Below are positions 18,765 through 28,347 of a DNA stretch of 64,000 bases, piece by piece (the stretch's first letter is position 1; every line of letters begins with the position of its first letter). The DNA comes from an uncultured Solirubrobacterales bacterium (GTDB taxonomy: Bacteria > Actinomycetota > Thermoleophilia > Solirubrobacterales > JBBDJG01). Below the pieces are notes generated by a model. The model searched no databases. It was not told where the DNA came from and was given only the letters and a program-made list of their open reading frames with translations. The DNA lies in assembly GCA_963759145.1 (NCBI GenBank), contig CAVWYB010000035.1, forward strand, positions 32,824-96,823. The letters run 5' to 3'. Position numbers and translations under genes: made by a program.

Positions 18765-21670
18765 ATGCGGCGAGTCTCCGTTTCGCTCGTCCTGCTGGTC
18801 GCCACGACGGCACTCGGCCTGATCGCCGGGATCGCCAGCTCGACCGCCGCGCCGGGGCAGCTGATGGCGGGCGCCGCGAAGGTGGACGCCTCCTGGCACG
18901 TGGGCGCCTCGGCCGGCCAGTACGCCGACAACGGCACGTTCGTGGGAGTGCACGGCGTCGACCCGGGCCTGCACGCGACTCGCAAGAACGCCTCCTACGG
19001 GATCCAGTCGCGGCTCGAGGCACGCGCGCTCGTGATCGAGGGCGACAACGGGGAGAAGGTCGCGATCGTCAAGAACGACCTCTACATCCCCCAGGACCTG
19101 CTCTACCGGCGCACCGCCCAGATCCTCGAGCGGGCGACTCGGGATCACGCGGGCGAACCTCACGATGGCCGTCACGCACGATCACTCCTCGCCCTACTAC
19201 TCGTCGACCTCGTGGGGCGCGTGGGCCTTCCAGGACGTATTCGACGTGCGCTTCTTCGACTACTACGCGAAGAAGATGGCGGAGGCGGTCGAGCACGCGA
19301 ACGAGAACCTCCAGCCTGCGCGCGTCGGCGCCGCCGTGACCGAGTTCGACAAGACGCATCGCCACTCGTTCGGCCCCGCGCTGGCCGACGACGGCACGCC
19401 CGCCGGCTACCCGCAACTCGGACGCGGACCACGACATGACCGTGCTGCGCTTCGACGACGTCTCCGACCCGGACCACCCGAAGCCGCTCGCGAACCTCGT
19501 CAACTACTCGCTGCACCCTGAGTTCCTCGAGGGCAACGACCTGATCAGCGCCGACTACGTCGCGCCGCTGCAGCGGATCGTCGACCGCAAGACCGGCGCG
19601 CTCACGATCTACACGCAGAACGCGGTCGGCACGGCCGAGCCCGAGCGCAGCACCTACCACGGCATCCACGAGCGGCTCGAGTTCTCGCACAAGGAATACG
19701 GCCAGGCCGAGTACGCCGCCTACCTGATGTCGCAGGCGATCCTGCGGACCACCAACAACATCGAGCAGGGAACGCCCGAGGACCCGGCGCGCTACGTGCC
19801 GTTCGCGGACTCGGCGCCGGTCGCGATGGAGGACCGCTGGTTCCCCGGCCCGACCTCGCACCCGTACCCCGGCGTCTCGAACTGCCGCGCGGACAAGGCG
19901 TTCGACGGCGACCCGCAGTTGCCGATCGTGGGCCTGCCGGACTGCGAGAACGGCGTCGGCGTGCTGCAGAGCATCGCCAGCCTCGCCGGCCTACCGGGCC
20001 CGCCCGATCCGCCGAGCTCGCCGGTCGACCCGGGCATCTCCACCGACGACTTCCAGCGGCTCGGCATCCCGCTGCCGGAGAACTACTCGGCGCCGTCGTA
20101 CACCGGCCTGGCCGAGGACGTGAGCGTTCACCTCCAGGCGTTCCGGCTCGGCGACATCCTGGTCACCGTGTGCTCGTGCGAGCAGTGGAAGGACCAGGCG
20201 CTCGACATCAAGACGCGCACCGACCGGATCGCCGGCAACCAGTACATCGGCTACGACTGGGCCAAGCAGTGCACCGACAACGGCAACGGCACGTGGAGCT
20301 GCCCGAACCCGCAGAGCCCGGGCCAGACGCTGCCGCCGATCTCCGACCAGAACTTCCAGCGCATGAAGGCACAGGTGAACAATCCCGCCAACGGCTGGAA
20401 CGATCTCGCGAACATCCTGTGGGCCGAGTCCGAGCCGACCGACCCGACGCAGATCAAGGGCAACTTCACCCACCAGGAGCTGCCGCCCGAGCTCGGCTAC
20501 CGCCTCACGGTGCCGATCTCGATGGCGAACGACTACAACGGCTACATCGCGAGCTACCGCGAGTACCAGCGGGGCGACCACTACCGCAAGGCGCTCACGG
20601 CCTGGGGCCCGCACTCGAGCGACTACATGGCGACGCGGCTCGTGAACATGGGCGGTCACCTGAACGGCGGCCCGGACCTGCCGGCCGAGGTCGGCCAGGA
20701 AAAGGTCGCGCCGGACATCGCGCTGAACGACCAGCGCGCCACCAACCTCGGGCGGGTCGGCGAGACCAGCGTGGCCGCCTACGAGGCGGCGTTGCCCGAC
20801 GACGGGGGCCAGGCCGAGGTGACGCAGCAGCCCAGTGACGTCGAGCGCTTCTCGGCGGCGTTCCTCAAGTGGAACGGCGGCTCGAACTTCACCGACAACC
20901 CGGTCGTGAAGGTCCAGCGCCAGGTGAACGGCGGGTGGGTCGACTTCGCCGACCAGTCGGGCGAGATCCCGGTGACGGTCAAGTACCCGCAGGGCGAGGA
21001 AGTCCAGAGCTATCTCGAGGGCAACCAGCACTGGGAGTGGACCGCGCACTTCGAGGCGTTCGCGTCCAACTACGACCTCGGCATGGGCGGCGGCGAGCTC
21101 GCGACCCCGCCGGGCGCATATCGCTTCGTCGTCGACGGCGAGCGCCGGCAGGGCGGAGCGCGGCTGCCGTACCACCTCGTCTCGAACCAGTTCGAGGTGA
21201 GGCCCTGGAGCGGGATCACCGCCAGTGACCTGCGTGTCGAGCCCGGCGGGCGCATCACCTTCAAACTCGGCCCGCGCCACACCTACTCGGTGAACGGCAT
21301 GAGCGCCGAGGTGGGGCCGATCGACTATCCGGACAGCTACTCCTCACCGGCTCGCTTCATCAAGAACCAGCGCACGCCCTACGTCGACCCGACCGCACCG
21401 AGCGACCCCCAGAAGATCGAGTGGTTCTGCTTCACCTGCTCGTTCCGCTCGTGGGCCGATACCGGTGACGCGGCGATCGCGTACCTCACGATCGTGGACC
21501 CGCAGGGCAAGCTCTTCCGGTACAAGGCCCGCCCGCGCGGCGACCGCTGGTCGGTGACCCGCAGGCTCCGGCCGCGCGAGGCCGCATACGTGCGCGCCGG
21601 GGACGTCCGCGACGACTTCGGCAACTTCAACGGGACGGACTCGGAGCGGCTCCCGGGCAGCGCCGGATAG
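18765..21670 (+). CDS. secreted neutral/alkaline ceramidase-like hydrolase with a long C-terminal extension; frameshifts ~19140 and ~19420
   Basis: Signal peptide, then AGAAKVDASWHVGASAGQY..., SRLEARALVIEGDNGEKVAIVKNDLY and LTMAVTHDHSSPYY (equivalent to the ceramidase SATHTHSGP block). About 968 aa when joined. Confidence 0.65.
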
Positions 21671-21736
21671 CGCCCGGCCGTGCGGCGCGGAGATGTGCGA
21701 GAGTAGCGCGCACGTTCACGCCGACACGAGGAGGAG

Positions 21737-21958
21737 ATGACATTGGCCGACAGCGTCTATCGCGTTACCGAGGTGATCGGAAGCAGCAGCGAATCGTGGG
21801 AAGCGGCGGCTCGCAACGCCGTCGAGACCGCGGCCAAGTCGGTCCGGGACCTGCGCGTCGCGGAAGTGATCCGCGAGGACGTGACGATCGAGAACGGCTC
21901 GATCTCGAACTACCGCGTCCGGCTCGGCATCTCCTTCAAGTACGACACCGGCGACTGA
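21737..21958 (+). CDS. dodecin family flavin-binding protein
   Basis: 73 aa. SVYRVTEVIGSSSESWEAAARNAVETAAKSVRDLRVAEVIREDVTIENGSISNYRVRLGISF matches the dodecin pattern. GGAGGAG RBS is present. Confidence 0.85.
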   Translation: MTLADSVYRVTEVIGSSSESWEAAARNAVETAAKSVRDLRVAEVIREDVTIENGSISNYRVRLGISFKYDTGD

Positions 21959-21967
21959 GCGGGGAGC

Positions 21968-22866
21968 TCAGTCGCTAGCGGTAGGGGCGGCAGCCGCCGC
22001 CCGCTCCGCGTTCGCGACGATCTCGTCGACGAAGCGCTGCCATAGCTGCGGCGGCCAGTCGTGGCCCATGCCCGCGATCTTGACGAGCTTCGCGCCCGGG
22101 ATCGCCTTCGCGGTCGCCTCGCCGCCGTCCACCTGGATCAGCGGGTCGGCCTCGCCGTGGATCACGAGCGTCGGCACGCCGACGCCCGCAAGGGCCGCGG
22201 TGCGGTCGCCGGAGGCCATGATGCACGGTGAGCTGTCGCAGGAAGCCCTGCGGGTAGTACATGCGGTCATACGACTGGCCGATGATCTCGCGTAGCTGGT
22301 CGTCCGGCATCGGGTAATCAGGTGAGCCGATCAGGCGGAACAGGTTCGCCTGGAAGTCGATGAAGTCCTTCGCTGTCTTCAGGCGCCGGCGTGACCAGCG
22401 CCATCATCACGTCCTGCCGCGGCTGGCCGACGGCCTGGTCGCCGGTCGTGGACATGATCGAGGTGAGTGAGAGCACCCGATCGGGATGCCGGATCGCGAG
22501 CGTCTGGCCGATCATCCCGCCCATCGAGACGCCGACCAGGTGCGCCTTCTCGATGCCGAGCTCGTCGAGCAGGCCGGCCGCGTCGTCGGCCATGTCGTCG
22601 AGCGTGTAACTGGCCGAGCTGGTGTCGCCCGCGAGCAGCCTCATCAAATCCGGCTCGGGGCCGTCCTCGATCTTGCTCGAGAGGCCCACGTCGCGGTTGT
22701 CGTACCGGATCACGAAGTAGCCCCGCTCGACCAGCATGTTGCAGAACAGCTCGTGCCACCCCAGCAGCTGGATGCCCAGCCCCATGATCAGGAGGATCGC
22801 CGGGTTCGACGGGTCTCCGAAGGTCTCGTACTCGAGCTCGATCCCGTTCGCCTGCGCGCGTGGCAC
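21968..22866 (-). CDS. alpha/beta-fold hydrolase, frameshifted (~22330 and ~22250)
   Basis: GIELEYETFGDPSNPAILLIMGLG, nucleophile elbow LVGVSMGGMIG and C-terminal PTLVIHGEADPLI...IAGMGHDWP. Three minus-strand frames are needed. Confidence 0.8.
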
Positions 22867-22906
22867 GTCCCGAAGCCTACCGATATCGAGAGGGCGAGAA
22901 GAGCCG

Positions 22907-23716
22907 CTACGGAATCGGACGCGGCTCGCCGTAGAAGAAGTCGTCCATCACGGCGGCGTCATAGGTCGGGCTGTCGCTCGGCCCGAGCGGGCCGCTGCCG
23001 TACCTGATGCGCACGCGCGCCACGCGCAGGCGCTTGACGAAGACACGCCGAGGAAGGAACGCTTGCCCTTCGACACAGGGGCAGAGAACTTGCCGAGCGA
23101 GCGCCCGCTCGGGCTGAAGTACTCGAACGCGGTGTTCTTCGCCTTGTCGATGTCCGTGTACACCGCGCCGAACCCCTTCACGAACGGCACGCGTGTTGGT
23201 GCCCGGCACGCGGAAAGTCAGGTTGACGACGTTGCTGCCGATCGGCGAGAAGAGGCGCTCCGGGCTGAAGGTCGCGAACTGGCTCACGTAGCCGGGGTTG
23301 ATGTTGCCGAACCGCACCGCGGCGCCCGCTGGATTGGAGCTGTCCGCGCTCACCGCGACGTTGGTGCCTGGCGTGCTCAGCACGGCTCCGCGCGCCCGGG
23401 GTGCGACGGCCGCGTTGAAGAAGTCGGCCGGCAGCGCGTTCGGCGAGGCGAACTCGTCCGGCACGGAGTCCCAGTTGATCTCACGACGCCCGTTCGGGTT
23501 GCCGCCGGGGGCGCCGCCGTTGTTGGGCCCGAGCAGCTGCCGGAAGCGCTTGACGGCGGCCTTCAGGTCCCCGGTGCCGGTCACCACCCGTGCCCGCAGG
23601 AACTTCTGTGCCGCGGCCTCGGCGGAGTGGTCGTCGCCGCTGCGGCCGCCGAGCGCGATCAACGCGCCGGTCGCCAGAAGCACGACCGCGGTCAGGGCTG
23701 TCGCGAGCCGGGGCAT
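22907..23716 (-). CDS. secreted hypothetical protein, frameshifted (~23190 and ~23040)
   Basis: Signal peptide MPRLATALTAVVLLATGALIALG. Pieces are NWDSVPDEFASPNALPADFFN..., VPFVKGFGAVYTDIDKAKNTAFEYFSPSG and ...RIRYGSGPLGPSDSPTYDAAVMDDFFYGEPRPIP. Confidence 0.5.
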   Translation of the reverse strand: MPRLATALTAVVLLATGALIALGGRSGDDHSAEAAAQKFLRARVVTGTGDLKAAVKRFRQLLGPNNGGAPGGNPNGRREINWDSVPDEFASPNALPADFFNAAVAPRARGAVLSTPGTNVAVSADSSNPAGAAVRFGNINPGYVSQFATFSPERLFSPIGSNVVNLTFRVPGTNTRAVREGVRRGVHGHRQGEEHRVRVLQPERALARQVLCPCVEGQAFLPRRVFVKRLRVARVRIRYGSGPLGPSDSPTYDAAVMDDFFYGEPRPIP

Positions 23717-23739
23717 GACTCGCGCGAGTCTACCCCCGT

Positions 23740-25248
23740 TTAGCCGTACAACGCCTGGAATTTCTCGGTGAGGTAGGTGACGTAGGGGCCTACCTCGATC
23801 GGCCGCCCGGTCGCCCGCTCGACCACCTCTGCCGCCGAGTACTTGCGGCCGTGGCGGTGAACGTGCTCGCGCAGCCACTCGCGCAGCGGCTCGAACTCGC
23901 CCACCTCGATCTGGCGGTCCAGGTCGGGGAGCGCCTCGCGCGCGGCCTCCCACAGCTGCGCCGCGATCACGTTGCCCAGCGAGTAGGTCGGGAAATAGCC
24001 GAACTCGCCCGCCGCCCAGTGCACGTCCTGCAGCACCCCGTGCGCGTCGTCGGGCACGTCGATCCCGAGGTACGTCCGCACACGCTCGTTCCACGCGGCC
24101 TGGAGGTCTCGCGGCTCGACAGTGCCGTCGATCAGCTCCCGCTCGAGCTCGAAGCGCAGCAGGATGTGGAGGTCATAGGTGAGCTCGTCCGCCTCGATCC
24201 GGATCAGAGACGGCTCCACCTTGTTGACGGCTCTGAAGAAGCCCTCCGGGCCGACGCCGTTCAGCTCGTCCGGGAACGCCTGGCCGAACATCCCGTAGAA
24301 GCGCTGCCAGAACGGCAGGCTGCGCCCCACCAGGTTCTCCCACATCCGGCTCTGCGACTCGTGCAGGCCGAGCGACGTCGGCCGCCCCAGCGGCGTGCCG
24401 TCCAGTGCGGGATCGACGCCGTTCTCGTAGAGGCCGTGACCGTACTCGTGGAGCGACGAGAAGATCGCCGATTCGAGGTCGTGTTCGTCGTAGCGTGTCG
24501 TGAGCCGCACGTCGGTCGGCGACAGGCTGGTCTGGAACGGGTGCGTGGTCTCGTCCAGGCGCCAGGACTCGCCCGGCATCGGCAGCAAGCCCAGGAGGCG
24601 GCGTACTACCGCGCGCTGCGGGTCCGCCGGGAAGTCGCTGCGGAGGAATGAGTCGTCCACGCCGGCCGCTCGCTCCGAGACCTCCGCAACCAGCGGCAGC
24701 AGCGCCTCCTTCAGGTCGTCCAGGATGGCCGCGATCTCGGGGGTCTTCATCCCGGGCTCGTAGTCGTCGAGCAGGGGGTCGTAGGCATCCTCGCGCTCGA
24801 AGCAATGGGCATAGCGGAGCTTCAGGTACACGTTCCGTTCGAGGTGGGGCAGGAAGAGCTCGAAGTCGTTGCGCTTCTTCGCCTCGCGCCAGACCTGCTC
24901 GGCCACCGACGCGGACCGCGCGATCTCGGCGTGCAGCTCGATCGGCACCCGGCACGCCTTCTCGTGGTCGCGCTTCGCGACCCGGATCAGGGCGGCGTCG
25001 TCGGAGTCGTAGGAGAGCTCCTCGCCAAACGGCTCGAGCTCGTCCAGCAGCCGCCCGAGCTCCTCGGCCGCGAGCTTCTCGTGGCGAACGCGCACCAGCG
25101 CCCCGATCTGGTCGGTCCGCGCCTCGGCGCCGCCCGGCGGCATCATCGTGCGCTCGTCCCAGTCGAGCAGCGCCTTCGCGCGGCCGAGGTAGTGGATCTC
25201 GGCGAGTCGCCGTCGCAGCTCGTCGAACGTCGACGGCGCCTGGTTCAC
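23740..25248 (-). CDS. M32 family metallocarboxypeptidase (Taq-type carboxypeptidase), intact
   Basis: About 502 aa with the zinc motif HEYGHGLYE and blocks [29 protein letters not shown] and [22 protein letters not shown] start at 25248 overlaps the menB stop (GTGA). Confidence 0.9.
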   Translation of the reverse strand: MNQAPSTFDELRRRLAEIHYLGRAKALLDWDERTMMPPGGAEARTDQIGALVRVRHEKLAAEELGRLLDELEPFGEELSYDSDDAALIRVAKRDHEKACRVPIELHAEIARSASVAEQVWREAKKRNDFELFLPHLERNVYLKLRYAHCFEREDAYDPLLDDYEPGMKTPEIAAILDDLKEALLPLVAEVSERAAGVDDSFLRSDFPADPQRAVVRRLLGLLPMPGESWRLDETTHPFQTSLSPTDVRLTTRYDEHDLESAIFSSLHEYGHGLYENGVDPALDGTPLGRPTSLGLHESQSRMWENLVGRSLPFWQRFYGMFGQAFPDELNGVGPEGFFRAVNKVEPSLIRIEADELTYDLHILLRFELERELIDGTVEPRDLQAAWNERVRTYLGIDVPDDAHGVLQDVHWAAGEFGYFPTYSLGNVIAAQLWEAAREALPDLDRQIEVGEFEPLREWLREHVHRHGRKYSAAEVVERATGRPIEVGPYVTYLTEKFQALYG

Positions 25249-26050
25249 GACGACACCCGCTCGCGAAAGCGCGCGAAGTCCGGCGCGCGCTTCTCGGTGA
25301 AGGCGCGCACGCCCTCCTCCGCCTCTTCGGTCTCGACGAAGAGACCGAGTCCGGTGAAGGCGAGCTGGCCCACAGCCGGCGAGATGCTCGGTGTCGGCGT
25401 TGAACGACTGCTTGAGGAACCGCAGCGCGGTCGGGGAGAGCTGCAGCATCTCGTCGGCCCAGCGCCGCACCTCGGCGCGCAGCTCGGCCGCCGGCACGAC
25501 GCGGTTCACGAGTCCCCAGCGCTCAGCGGTCTCGGCGTCGTACTGGCGGCAGAGGAACCAGATCTCGCGCGCCCGCTTCTCGCCCACGACCCGCGCCAGG
25601 TAGGCGGTGCCGAAGCCCGCGTCGAAGGAGCCGACGCGCGGGCCGGTCTGACCGAACACCGCGGTGTCGGCCGCGATCGTCAGGTCGCACAGCACGTGCA
25701 GCACGTGGCCGCCGCCGATCGCGTAGCCGTTCACGGCCGCGATCACCGGCTTGGGGATCTCGCGGATCAGCCGGTGCAAGGTCTCGATCTCGAACAGGCC
25801 GGACTCGGTGGGCCCGTAGTCGCCGGTCTCGGCGCGCTGCTTCTGGTCGCCGCCGGTGCAGAACGCGCGGTCGCCGGCGCCGGTCAGGCAGACGACGCCG
25901 ACGTCGCCGCTCGGCCCACGCGCGCTTGAAGCAGTGGATCAGCTCGTCGACCGTGCGCGCGCGGAACGCGTTCATCCGCTCGGGGCGGTTGATCGTGATC
26001 GTGGCGAGGCCGTCCTCGACCTCGTAGAGGACGTCGGTCAGCTCGTCCAT
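25245..26050 (-). CDS. menB: 1,4-dihydroxy-2-naphthoyl-CoA synthase-like crotonase, frameshifts ~25910 and ~25375
   Basis: [81 protein letters not shown] is almost block-for-block MenB. The C-terminus is [18 protein letters not shown]. Confidence 0.8.
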
Positions 26051-26108
26051 GTCGCTCCTTTCCAGATGCTGCTATTCCGCGTCGAGCCTCGCTGCCCTTT
26101 CAAGAGGC

Positions 26109-26865
26109 TCAGACCATCGTCAGGCCGCCGCTGACCGAGAGCGTCTGGCCGGTGATGAGTCCGCCTCCTCCGATGCGAAGAACGCGACCGCGGCGGCGAT
26201 GTCCTCCGGCATGGCCGAGCCGCTTCATCGGCACCGCGCGCTTCATCGCCTCGATGATCTTCTCGCCCTGGTCCGTCGGCGACCTCCGCGAGCATCTGCG
26301 TGTCGGTCGGGCCCGGGCAGACGGTGTTCGCGGTGACGCCGCTGCGCGCGTGCTCGCGCGCGATCGTCTTGGTGAACGCGATCACGGCGCCCTTCGCGCC
26401 CGCGTAGACCGACTCGAGCGAGGAGCCGACGCGGCCCGCGTCGGAGCCGATGTTGACGATCCGGCCCCACTTGCGCTCGACCATTCCGGGCAGCGCCGCC
26501 TTCGTCATCCGCAGGCAGCCCTTGTAGTTGACCTCGATCACGCGGTCCCAGAACGGCTCGTCGGTCTCGAGGAACGGGTGCATCTCGTCCCAGCCCGCGT
26601 TGTTGACCAGAATCTCGACCGGCCCGAGCAACCCGAGCGTCTCCTCGACCGCGCTCTCCACAGAGTCCGAGTCGGTCACGTCGACGAGGATCGAGACCGC
26701 GCGGCCGCCGAGCTCCTGGATCGCGGTGGCGGTCTCGGTCGCGTCGTCCTCGTTGATGTCCCCGACCGCCACGGCGTCGCCGTGCTCGGCGAGCCGGAAC
26801 GCAATCGCGCGGCCGATTCCGCGCCCGGCGCCGGTTACGAAGGCGACTCGCCCGATGCGCTCCAT
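26109..26865 (-). CDS. short-chain dehydrogenase/reductase (FabG-like), frameshifts ~26200-26280
   Basis: VAFVTGAGRGIGRAIA (TGxxxGIG), NNAG and YAGAKGAVIAFTK (YxxxK). The C-terminus GQTLSVSGGLTMV ends at 26109 in another frame. Confidence 0.85.
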
Positions 26866-26870
26866 GGGCG

Positions 26871-26877
26871 TAATCTA
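26871..26877. promoter_or_regulatory. shared back-to-back -10-like element (TAATCTA / TAGATTA) in a 19-bp divergent gap
   Basis: Only 19 nt separate ATG 26865 (-) from ATG 26885 (+). TAGATT lies 6 nt from the minus-strand ATG and TAATCT 8 nt from the plus-strand ATG, fitting the actinobacterial TAnnnT hexamer of leaderless mRNAs. Confidence 0.4.
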
Positions 26878-26884
26878 GTCAGCC

Positions 26885-27401
26885 ATGGATGCATACCTCG
26901 CGATCGTCAGCAAGCGCGAGGTCCGCGACTACGCGGACCGGCCGATCGAGCCGGAGGCACGCAGGCGCATCCTCGAGGCGGGCGCGGATCGCCGGCAGCT
27001 CCGCCAACAAGCAGCAGTGGCGCTTCATCGTGGTGGAGAGCCAGGACAAGCGCGAGCGGCTCGCCGACCTCGTCTACACGCCGAGCAACGTGCGCGGCGC
27101 CAAGCTGATCGTCGTCGTCGTGACGTTCGGCAAGGGGCCAAGCGGCTTCGATGCCGGCCGCACGTCCCAGAACATGATGCTGGCCGCCTGGAACGAGGGA
27201 ATCGGATCCTGCCCGAACGGCATGCCCGATCGCGAGGCGGTCGGGAGCATGCTCGGCCTCCATGCCGGCGAGGAGCCCGCGATCGTCCTCACCTTCGGCT
27301 ACCCGGCACGGCCGGTCGAGCCTGTCCAGAGCCGCTCGCCGGAGGAGTGGATCAGGCGCGCGAACCGCAAGGACTTCGACGAGGTCGTCGAGACGGTCTA
27401 G
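26885..27401 (+). CDS. nitroreductase family protein, one frameshift ~26985
   Basis: MDAYLAIVSKREVRDYADRPIEPEARRRILEAG continues in the next frame as SSANKQQWRFIVVESQDKRERLA...MMLAAWNEGIGSCPNG... Confidence 0.8.
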
Positions 27402-27887
27402 TCAGTCGCGCCGCAGCTCGTCCGCGAGCAGGTCCATCAGCAGCGCGTCGCGCCAGTTGCCGTCCGGCGCGCGCTCGGCGCGGCGCATCACCCCGACGGG
27501 CTGGAACCCGAGCGCCGCATAGGAGCGGATCGCGCGCTCGGTTCGCGGTGGCCGGGTCGATCGTGAACCGGTGATGGCCGCGTTCGCGGATCAGGTGCTC
27601 GATCGCCACGCGCAGCGCCTCGCGGCCGAGGCCTCGCCCGTGGTGGTCGCTGCGGATCGCGATGTCCAGCGCCGCGCTGGGATAGTCCGGATCGGTCTCC
27701 TCGCTCACCTGCACGACCCCGATCAACTCGCCTTCGAGCTCCACGGCCAGCATGTACGAGTCGCCGGCCGGCCATGTCGGCGCGCACACGCTCTTCGTCG
27801 TAGTTGCCCCACCACGGAGTGATCTCGGGATCCGCCAGCACCGCGGCGAGTGGCGCCGCATCGGCCTCGGTCGAGCGAGCGCAGCAC
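27402..27887 (-). CDS. GNAT family N-acetyltransferase, frameshifted (3 switches); start uncertain
   Basis: ERLVLRS / STEADAAPLAAVLADPEITPWWGNYDEERV / MLAVELEGELIGVVQVSEE...DIAIRSDHHGRGLGREAL...HHRFTIDPATAN / RAIRSYAALGFQPVGVMRRAE. The stop lies immediately after the nitroreductase stop. Confidence 0.7.
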
Positions 27888-27907
27888 CAGGCGCTCGCCG
27901 CGAAGCT

Positions 27908-28337
27908 CTAGGTCCGCTCGAGCACGATCACCGGGATGTCTCGCTCCGTCTTGCGCTGGTACTCCTCGTACGGAGCGTAGACGTCGACGCACACCGGCCA
28001 GAGGCGCTGCTTCTCGTCCGGGGTCGCCTGCCGCGCGCGCACGGCCCGCCTCTCGGACCCAACCTGTACGGTCGTCTCCGGCTGCTCTCGCAGGTTGAGC
28101 CACCACATCGGGTGTTTGCGCGCGCCACCGAATGAGGCGACGATCAGGAGGTCGTCGCCGTCGCGCGCGTAGATCAGCGGGCTCGTGTGCCGCTTGCCGC
28201 TCTTGCGCCCGACGTGGTCCACGAGCATCACTGGACTGCCGCGGAAGGTGCGGCCGATGCGGCCGCCGGTCAGCCGGTAGGCGCGCACGTGGGCCTGCGT
28301 GAACTGCTGCCAGAGCGCGCAATTGGAGCTTCTTCAT
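27908..28337 (-). CDS. deazaflavin(F420)-dependent nitroreductase family (DUF385/Ddn-like) protein, one frameshift ~28315
   Basis: HVRAYRLTGGRIGRTFRGSPVMLVDHVGRKSGKRHTSPLIYARDGDDLLIVASFGGARKHPMWWLNLREQPETTVQVG is the family signature. Confidence 0.8.
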
Positions 28338-28347
28338 GCGGGCGACC

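Noticed and set aside
19991-21280. 429-aa minus-strand ORF opposite the ceramidase-like gene
   Set aside because: It is an antisense artefact of a long GC-rich gene, with low-complexity Arg/Val/Asp-rich translation.
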